A stretch of 64,000 nt of DNA. Origin: Planctomycetales bacterium (GTDB taxonomy: Bacteria; 4484-113). The position numbers were made by a program, and so were the translations under genes. A model generated the notes under the pieces. The model was not told the DNA's origin. It saw only the letters and a program-made list of their open reading frames with translations, and ran no database searches. Below, piece after piece: positions 21,296 to 28,672 of the stretch. The stretch is from assembly GCA_037441675.1 (NCBI GenBank), contig JBBIRS010000009.1, forward strand, positions 1 through 64,000, in the 5' to 3' direction. Within the stretch, counting starts at the first letter, position 1; each line of letters begins with the position of its first letter.

Positions 21296-22522
21296 CTAGA
21301 TAGCCCTCAAAGCTTCTAACGGTTCAAGCCTGCCCGCTCGCAGGGAAGGATAAAACGCGCCCAAAACCCCAACTAGGACTGCCACGAAAAGAGAAATTGC
21401 CAGCGTTGCCAACGAAATTTGTATACTCGCATCCGCTGAGCCTATGAGCCTCGGGACCACAATAATGCTTGCCAGATTGCCTACGAGATATCCAAAAATT
21501 CCACCTGCAATTGAAACTGTGAGCGTCTCCTTTATTATTATTTGAGATATTTGCATTTGCTTAAAGCCGATACAACGCAATATTCCGATCTCTCTAACAC
21601 GCTCCGTGACGGAACCCATCACCGTGATAAAGACAAGAAGCGCACCAATAACTAGTGCAACTAACGCAATGCCGGTAGCAAACTTCTGAAACTTTCCTAG
21701 AAATTCAAGGCGCTGACTCACCACGGACATTAAGGCAGAAGCTCTTCCATTTGGGAGGGCAGAGTTAATCTGCGTAACAATATCTTCAATTGGACAGCCC
21801 TTGCAGAGCGCGCTAACCTCGACGAGGCTTAGCTCCTCACCAACCCCGAATATCTTTTGAGCCTGCCTCAGAGGAATAAAGACAGATTGGTCATCCTCGG
21901 TTCCCGTAGGTGCGAGAATGGTATTCACGGTAAACTCTTTGCCATGAACCTTGAGAATCGTCTCAGGTTTTAATGATAGCTTCTCCGCAACAGCGTAACC
22001 TACAATGGCAGAATCCTCCGTTTTTGAAATTAGGAGGCTATCGTCGTCCGTGCGTCTAAAATGCTTCCCGTATTGATGCTCGCGACCGCCATCGGCCTCA
22101 ATGAGAGGTCCCCACCATTTCTTCATCTCAAGCTCCTTTACAAAGTCAACGCCAACAACTCGCGTGTCATAACCATTAAGCTCTACCATTCGGACTAACT
22201 TGGGCGCAGTAATGGCAATGTTCTTTGCATTCTTTATATCTTTTAACTTCTCTAAGTCGCCAATGGTAAGCTTGGAGTGAGTCATGGCAATACTGCTGAG
22301 ATTTATTCCTTCATAGGCAATGGAGTACGATTCAGATTTGGGCGTAATTATTATGTTTGGTCCATAGCGATCGAGCATATCCTGAAGGCTTTGACCCACT
22401 GCGCGGGAAACAGTAATTACAAGCGTAAAAGTAGCAATTCCAACCGATAATCCAAGCGCCAGAAAGATGAACCTGCCTTTCCTTCTCTTTAGATTACAGA
22501 ATACTAAGTTGTTAATCGTCAT
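21296..22522 (-). CDS. ABC transporter permease (FtsX-like) with a CxxC motif
   Basis: SVTERVREIGILRCIG; ALCKGCP; four TM segments. Confidence 0.9.
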   Translation of the reverse strand: MTINNLVFCNLKRRKGRFIFLALGLSVGIATFTLVITVSRAVGQSLQDMLDRYGPNIIITPKSESYSIAYEGINLSSIAMTHSKLTIGDLEKLKDIKNAKNIAITAPKLVRMVELNGYDTRVVGVDFVKELEMKKWWGPLIEADGGREHQYGKHFRRTDDDSLLISKTEDSAIVGYAVAEKLSLKPETILKVHGKEFTVNTILAPTGTEDDQSVFIPLRQAQKIFGVGEELSLVEVSALCKGCPIEDIVTQINSALPNGRASALMSVVSQRLEFLGKFQKFATGIALVALVIGALLVFITVMGSVTERVREIGILRCIGFKQMQISQIIIKETLTVSIAGGIFGYLVGNLASIIVVPRLIGSADASIQISLATLAISLFVAVLVGVLGAFYPSLRAGRLEPLEALRAI

Positions 22523-22531
22523 AGTATCTCC

Positions 22532-23233
22532 CTAGAAGTAGACAATCCCTTGGGAAAGGTTCTGAGAATTTATAACAAGCTCTTTTCCGTCTATAAACCT
22601 CTCAATTGGAACTGGATTGCAACCACCTTGAATGACATTTATATAGATGGAAGGAAATCGCTGGCCACACTTGTTGCACACCATCTCATTACCTTCCTGA
22701 TGGTATCCAAGCTTTGCCCAGTAGCAGATATCACAGGCATCAAGGGCAGAGCGATAAACCCCCTCAGTGTCCTTTAGAACGAAGAATCTGATCTCCTTGT
22801 TCCCCGCTGAAACCGTGTAAAAGCTTGCGGTCTCTGTTATACTACTAAGTGGAATACGGACGCCCACCGCGCTTCCCTCTGACGAGCTTTGCGAACTTGA
22901 AGTATTAGTTGACGAGGAACTAAGAGGTTGAGATTTACTGAGAGTGGATAAGTCTATCTGAGAAGAGCTTGCCACCGGTGTTAAGCTTCCCTCAGGAAGA
23001 GTAATCCTGCTTGCAGGCTCAGGCTTTCTCTCGGTTGATCTTGTCAGCCTACCGGCAACGAGAAAGATAACGATTGCAACTATTCCCAAACTGATAGCAA
23101 AGAATAAAACCTCTTTGGGCAGCTCTCTTCTGTTGGAACTTTCTAGAACTAACTGTTTCTTGATTGCCAATATATCCTCTTCCGATAGCCTGCTAAGAAT
23201 GTCATCCCGCTTTTTCTTCTTGCCCTTTGACAA
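22532..23233 (-). CDS. Membrane-anchored DUF2318 (Fe-S/Cys-rich) protein
   Basis: DACDIC..GYHQEG..VCNKCG..GGCNP. Confidence 0.85.
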   Translation of the reverse strand: MSKGKKKKRDDILSRLSEEDILAIKKQLVLESSNRRELPKEVLFFAISLGIVAIVIFLVAGRLTRSTERKPEPASRITLPEGSLTPVASSSQIDLSTLSKSQPLSSSSTNTSSSQSSSEGSAVGVRIPLSSITETASFYTVSAGNKEIRFFVLKDTEGVYRSALDACDICYWAKLGYHQEGNEMVCNKCGQRFPSIYINVIQGGCNPVPIERFIDGKELVINSQNLSQGIVYF

Positions 23234-23276
23234 GTTAGTCCTCCAAAGAATTTGATATTCTTAAACAACTAAGTAA

Positions 23277-23332
23277 CTACTATATATTATAGTAGATAGT
23301 TCGTATTATATTACTTTGAAATTAAATGTCAA
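23277..23332 (-). promoter_or_regulatory. Promoter and operator-like palindrome for the DUF2318-ABC operon
   Basis: Minus strand TTGACA(23332-27)-16-TATAAT(23310-05); inverted repeat CTACTATA-N3-TATAGTAG at 23277-95. Confidence 0.6.
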
Positions 23333-23412
23333 GCCAAAAAGGCAGTGTTACATTTATCGGCAGGTTTGCTTGAAGTAATTACGCAGGATAAATCATTGTG
23401 CTCGTCCTGAGA

Positions 23413-25452
23413 TTAGCCCTTAGTTCCCATAAAGCGTAGGAGTTTGATCGAATTCAGGATAACGAGCAAGGTAAGTCCATCATCACCTATAACCGCTATC
23501 CAAAGGCTCTTTACACCCATATAGGCGAGAATAAGAGCGATAATCGCAAATCCAAACTTACCGATTAGAGCGATGGCGGTATTAACTCTTATGGTTTTTA
23601 CCGCAAGCTTGCCTAACTTAAAGACTTTCGGAATATCAAAGAGGTCTTCACTTGCAACAACAACATCCGCGCCTTCAAGAACCATATCATTGCCAACGGT
23701 ATTCATAGCAATACCAACATCTGCACCCGCAAGTACTGCGGAATCGTTAATCCCGTCACCGACCATTGCAATCGCTCCGTGCTTCTGTCTCATCTCCCTT
23801 AGCAGAGTTAGCTTCTCCTCGGGCGTTAGCTCAGCGTAGATATCGGTGATTCCGATGGTACTGGCGAGCTTTTCCACGTTTTCTCTCCTATCACCCGAAA
23901 GTAGTGCGACCTGTCCTATTCCAAGTTCCGCAAAGCTTTGTTTGATCTCTCTCGCACCTTCTCTCAACTTCTCCTCAAAGAAAAAAAGTGCAACGGGTTT
24001 ATCCTCTAGAATCATTACCACATGCGCCTTCTGCCTAATTCCTTCGGTTTGACTTTCTAGTTTATCTTCAATGTAGCTATGATGACCATTAACAAAATCA
24101 AGGCTACCGATGCAAATGTGCTTCTTGTTAACCAACCCCTCAACTCCTCCGCCAACCTGATTATGAACCTCCTCCACCTGCGTGCCGTTTACCTCAAATC
24201 TATTGCGAATTGCGTATGTCCTCAGAGCTTTGGCGATTGGGTGATTGGAGCTTTGTTCAAGTTGAAGAGCGTAGGATAAGACCTCTTTCTCGGGAATATC
24301 CCCAATCAGGGTAATAGAACTTAGTGAAATTTCCGGTTGGGTTAGCGTTCCAGTCTTGTCAAGGGCAAGAGCCTTTACTATGTTAAGTCTTTCCAAGACA
24401 GAGCTACCTCGGATAAGAATCCCCCTCTTGCTTGAACCAGCCATCGCGGATGCGGTTGCCACAGGGGTGGATAGGATAAACGCGCAGGGACATGAAACGA
24501 CCACAAAAACTAGCGCTGAATAGAAAGCCTTCTCCGCGCTCCATCCTAAAACCGCATAAGCACCTAGAAAGAAAAGAATTGCGATTACCACCACCAATGG
24601 AGAGTAGTAGCGAGAAAATCGTTCAAAGAAACGTTCGTAACTACCCTTTTCTTTAAGAGCCTGCGCGATAGCCTGATAGAGTCTACTAACCGTTGATGCC
24701 TCGTACGTTGTCTCCGCAAGAATCTTTAGAAAGCCGTCAAGGTTAACGGAACCTGCAAGCACCCGCGAATCAACACCTACAATCTCCGGGTAGAATTCAC
24801 CCTTCACCGATGAGACATCAAGACTAGCCCCTCCTTCCTTCACGACGCCGTCAATGGGCACAACTTCTCCCGCCCTAACCAACACCAAATCGCCCTTTCT
24901 TATTTCCTCAACTGGAATCATCAATTCCATCGCATTCCTAATGATGCACACCTGTTTGGGAAGTTCGTTATAAAGCTTGAACAGGCTTTCTCTAACCCTC
25001 TTTCCTGCCGCTTCTTCAAGCCATTCTCCAAGAGTCATAAGGATGAGTATTGCCGCACCCTCCGCGTAGGAGCCAAGAATAAATGCGGATGCCCCAGCAC
25101 TAACCATTAAAAATGGGTATGAAAGAGTTAGCTTTCTAAGCCCCTTCACCGCAGAAATAAAGAGATAGTATCCCGAAAAGACGTAGGCTAAGAAATAAAG
25201 GGAAATTGAAATTCTTGCAACAGACTCCGGAGAAGATACGAAAAAGCCAGCCTCCTGAACTATTACACCAAGAAGGAAAATAACTAAGCCAATCAGCGCA
25301 GTACCAAGCCTTGGCGTGTAATACCTGCGAAACCTATTTAGTAGATTAATAAACCCATAAGGAGCTAAAGAGCTTAACCCAGGCTCAGTGATATGACCTT
25401 TGCGAAGAACCCCAATTATCACAACAGAAATCACTCTTATCATTCGTTGCAT
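23413..25452 (-). CDS. Heavy-metal P1B-type ATPase (CadA/ZntA-like)
   Basis: SCPC; DKTGT; SNHP; GDGIND; N..K and GDDG in the last TM helices. Confidence 0.92.
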   Translation of the reverse strand: MQRMIRVISVVIIGVLRKGHITEPGLSSLAPYGFINLLNRFRRYYTPRLGTALIGLVIFLLGVIVQEAGFFVSSPESVARISISLYFLAYVFSGYYLFISAVKGLRKLTLSYPFLMVSAGASAFILGSYAEGAAILILMTLGEWLEEAAGKRVRESLFKLYNELPKQVCIIRNAMELMIPVEEIRKGDLVLVRAGEVVPIDGVVKEGGASLDVSSVKGEFYPEIVGVDSRVLAGSVNLDGFLKILAETTYEASTVSRLYQAIAQALKEKGSYERFFERFSRYYSPLVVVIAILFFLGAYAVLGWSAEKAFYSALVFVVVSCPCAFILSTPVATASAMAGSSKRGILIRGSSVLERLNIVKALALDKTGTLTQPEISLSSITLIGDIPEKEVLSYALQLEQSSNHPIAKALRTYAIRNRFEVNGTQVEEVHNQVGGGVEGLVNKKHICIGSLDFVNGHHSYIEDKLESQTEGIRQKAHVVMILEDKPVALFFFEEKLREGAREIKQSFAELGIGQVALLSGDRRENVEKLASTIGITDIYAELTPEEKLTLLREMRQKHGAIAMVGDGINDSAVLAGADVGIAMNTVGNDMVLEGADVVVASEDLFDIPKVFKLGKLAVKTIRVNTAIALIGKFGFAIIALILAYMGVKSLWIAVIGDDGLTLLVILNSIKLLRFMGTKG

Positions 25453-25542
25453 CCACCTTGTCGATCACCAATTCTTTTTGGTTTTTAGAGAGAGATGAAA
25501 CTAGCAAACTTAATTATCAATACCACTTCAAAATATGAGCAT

Positions 25543-25595
25543 TTGAGCAAATATTCAATCAAGATAATACTACCATAACTAATTGATGCTGTCAA
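25543..25595 (-). promoter_or_regulatory. Promoter of the P-type ATPase with an SmtB/ArsR-like operator
   Basis: Minus strand TTGACA(25595-90)-17-TAGTAT(25572-67); TTGAGCAAATATTCAA at 25543-58. Confidence 0.6.
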
Positions 25596-25738
25596 CAGAG
25601 AAAATCAATGAAAATTTACTGGAAATAGGCGCAATTCAAATAAGAATAGGATATATTTAACTTTCTCAACAGCTATGGGTTATTGCACTTTACTGTTGGG
25701 GGTTGCAATGAGTAAATTGGGAGTCGGTAAAGTTCAGC

Positions 25739-26215
25739 TTAGTCCCCGAAGTGCTCCATTCCCGCATTGGAAGCTCCTGCCTCTTTTGCCTCCTCTTCCT
25801 CTGGTGATTTCTTACCGGTGGTTTTTTCATAGAGGTAGAAATATATTTCCCTAGAGATTGATGCGTTCAAATATGCTTGCGGCTTCTTCATCATTCTAAG
25901 AATGACAGGCTTCCACTCCTCTCCAACGTACTTCCCGATACCCTTTTCAGGCTCGTGACATTGCCCGCACTTTCCAAGCCAAAGCTCCTCTCTGGTCGTC
26001 GCAGTGCTAGCCCAATCAGCTCCTCGCTTTTCCTTGGGCTTCACAGGTTCAAGAAGGTTAAAATCGTCTGCGCTATTGCCCCTTGAGTTTTCAACTCTAC
26101 CTGGACAGCCTGACAGAAAGAGAAAAAGGGTGAAGGCTAGAACGAGCACCAGCGCGGTTGAAAACTTTCTTCGCATAGTTGGATAGCTAAAAATTTTCAG
26201 GCCCTTTACCACCAA
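25739..26215 (-). CDS. Monoheme c-type cytochrome lipoprotein (start possibly 26176)
   Basis: Lipobox LSGC; CGQCH; W..VILRM as candidate distal Met. Confidence 0.75.
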   Translation of the reverse strand: MVVKGLKIFSYPTMRRKFSTALVLVLAFTLFLFLSGCPGRVENSRGNSADDFNLLEPVKPKEKRGADWASTATTREELWLGKCGQCHEPEKGIGKYVGEEWKPVILRMMKKPQAYLNASISREIYFYLYEKTTGKKSPEEEEAKEAGASNAGMEHFGD

Positions 26216-26302
26216 GCTTAATATACCACCACTTCTTTTTTGTTGATGTAAAGCGGTGGGAACTTGCGCATAAGTTCATAGTTTTACAACTGAAGAGTGG
26301 GG

Positions 26303-28000
26303 TTAGATCATCAGCAACTTATGCGCTTTGGGTGGAAACTCGCAGGCATCTATTATCCTTTCAACAACTTCTTCTCCATAGGTAAACAAAAAATATAGCC
26401 CGCCAAGCGTCCTCTCCTGCAATTTCCCCTCAGGCATCAAAAGCGCGTAGACACTTTTTATCTGCTGTACTATGATTCCATTTCTCTCCTTGATGGATCT
26501 AACCACCTTCTTCTCAATTTTCCCCAAGTACTTGTAAAAACTCTCAATCAGATTTTCAATTGTCTTTTCTAATGTTGCGTCCAGCTTTCCAATCTCAGCT
26601 TTCAAATCAATACTATGATTGAGGAAAAGTTTTCTCAATTCTGTAATCCGCTCAGAAATCATCGGTGGAATAAATTCTGCTAGTATCCGCGATAGTTGGG
26701 CTTGCTCTGGCTCCATAAGCGAGAGAAGATGTAAAGAGTATTTATCAAGGATCCTGCGAGTATGAGCGGAAACAAGCGTAAATGAAGGGCGAGGCAAAAG
26801 AAGCGGTCGGGCAATCTTATGAAGCCCAAACAGCGGATAAATCTGCGCCCAGTAAGCCACCTCCGAAGGGCCACCGATATAGCAGACCGCTGGAATGAGT
26901 GTTTGTTGGTAAAGCGGTCTCAAGACAACGTTGAAGCTAATTCGCGCAGGCTCTTCCTCCGCAATTCTCTTTAGCTCCATAAACGAGAACCGCTCGTGCT
27001 TCTCATTTTCGCGTTTGGTTGCCTTAAAGTGAAAGGTATCATCTTCAGCTAATAGCTTTCGCCTAACGCCACTTTCGTCCAGTAGGAAGAGATTTGTTTC
27101 ATTTTTGTCCAGTTTCAATTGGGGAGCAAATCCCATTCTTTTAAGCGCAATCGTGGCGCGAGTAAGTTCGTCTCGCTGTTCTCGCCATTTCTCGGCAGAT
27201 TCTATATACAATGAATCCGCAATGCTTTTGGCTTGCGCATCACCTGCATCAGTGAAGAGAAGTCCGCTCCTTCTAAAAATCTGCGCAAATAGATTTATAA
27301 AGGCTTGTGTAAAAGTCTTCTCAGGAGAGTAAGAGTTTTTCACAACATCAAGAAAATCAGCGGAGCTACTCGCCAATTCCGCCGACGCCTTTTTCACTAT
27401 CTCTTCGTTTTCCTTGCCAATTTTAATAGAGGAAAGTTCAAAGCCAATCGTTTTAAAGGGTTGAATGGCGGAGACCTTCGTTAAGGTATTATTTGAGCCG
27501 ATGTAAAAGAAGTCTTTTACTTCCTCAAAATCATGGTCAAGTCCGCCTGCCCAAAGAAGTGGAATAAAGTTGAATTCTTTTATCGCATCGTTTAGCTTCT
27601 TAGCTAGAGCAACCGCGGAACATGTCTTAATTAGGGTGAGTAGAGGACCACCGAGAAAACCTACCTGCTGGCCCGTCACGATAAAGAAGGAGTTGGGTTG
27701 CACGGCAAGATCCAGGTTTTTCTTGACCTCTTCCTGTTCGGCTAGAGGGTGATTTTTTCTTAGAATATCCACCAATTTCTTGCGCCTACTAGGAGTTGAA
27801 GAAAAGCTCGCGCCAATAAACTCGCAGGTTTCTCTAATCCTAGTGGCTAAGGGGTTTATGTCGGGATAAAAATTCTTAGCAATCCCACTACCCTCAGCGA
27901 GCGCAGTAAACAGCGGGTTAAACTTTAGCTCAGAAAATGAATACTCTTCTCTCATAATAGGGTATTTGTATAGTTGGAAAAAGATTTTTATTTCCAACAA
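26303..28000 (-). CDS. bshC: Bacillithiol biosynthesis cysteine-adding enzyme
   Basis: TGQQ.G.LGGPL; DHDFEEV; NVVLRPLYQ; GGPSEVAYWAQ; QER. Confidence 0.92.
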   Translation of the reverse strand: MLEIKIFFQLYKYPIMREEYSFSELKFNPLFTALAEGSGIAKNFYPDINPLATRIRETCEFIGASFSSTPSRRKKLVDILRKNHPLAEQEEVKKNLDLAVQPNSFFIVTGQQVGFLGGPLLTLIKTCSAVALAKKLNDAIKEFNFIPLLWAGGLDHDFEEVKDFFYIGSNNTLTKVSAIQPFKTIGFELSSIKIGKENEEIVKKASAELASSSADFLDVVKNSYSPEKTFTQAFINLFAQIFRRSGLLFTDAGDAQAKSIADSLYIESAEKWREQRDELTRATIALKRMGFAPQLKLDKNETNLFLLDESGVRRKLLAEDDTFHFKATKRENEKHERFSFMELKRIAEEEPARISFNVVLRPLYQQTLIPAVCYIGGPSEVAYWAQIYPLFGLHKIARPLLLPRPSFTLVSAHTRRILDKYSLHLLSLMEPEQAQLSRILAEFIPPMISERITELRKLFLNHSIDLKAEIGKLDATLEKTIENLIESFYKYLGKIEKKVVRSIKERNGIIVQQIKSVYALLMPEGKLQERTLGGLYFLFTYGEEVVERIIDACEFPPKAHKLLMI

Positions 28001-28044
28001 ACTTCTAGATTATTAAAGAGAGCTTGCTTACCTAAAAATATAGT

Positions 28045-28671
28045 TTACTCTCCCCATCTTTTAAGCAGATGATGGGTAAGCCCAAGCTTATCTAATATCC
28101 TGCCAACCCAAAATGTTAGTTCATCCTCCAAGGTTTTTGGCTCGTGGTAGTAGGTAATAACAGGCGGAATGACGATAGCCCCTGCCTCTGTTAGGGTAAT
28201 CAAATTCTTCAAAAGAATGAGGGACATAGGCGATTCTCTTACCACAAGGATTAGAGTTCTTCTCTCCTTCAGTGAAACATCAGCACACCTAGCGATTAGG
28301 TCTTCACCGCTGCCACTAGCTATTCTTCCACACATCCCAGCACTTGCGGGGCAAATCACCATTGCTTCCCAGAGATTGCTACCTGATGCTGGCGGAGCAA
28401 AGAGATTCGAAGGCTCGTATTGGTTAACCTTCGCTTTAATACTCTCACCAATCTCTTTAAGTCTAGGCTCTGCAAACTCAATCATTTTGTCTTTAGTCGC
28501 CTTTACTCCGGTTTCCATTTGAAACAGCTGAGAACCGGTTTCCGTGAAAACTAGATTTAACGTTACTGGATAGGGCAAGAGGTAGGTAAAGAGTCTAAGA
28601 GCTAGTGGTGAACCACTTGCCCCGGTAATACCAAGGACGAGTGAGTTTGGAACATTGGAAGAGTAAGGCAC
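28045..28671 (-). CDS. ubiX: Flavin prenyltransferase
   Basis: GITGASG; PASGS; LIARCADVSLKERR; RESP; YHEP. Confidence 0.92.
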   Translation of the reverse strand: MPYSSNVPNSLVLGITGASGSPLALRLFTYLLPYPVTLNLVFTETGSQLFQMETGVKATKDKMIEFAEPRLKEIGESIKAKVNQYEPSNLFAPPASGSNLWEAMVICPASAGMCGRIASGSGEDLIARCADVSLKERRTLILVVRESPMSLILLKNLITLTEAGAIVIPPVITYYHEPKTLEDELTFWVGRILDKLGLTHHLLKRWGE

Positions 28672-28672
28672 G

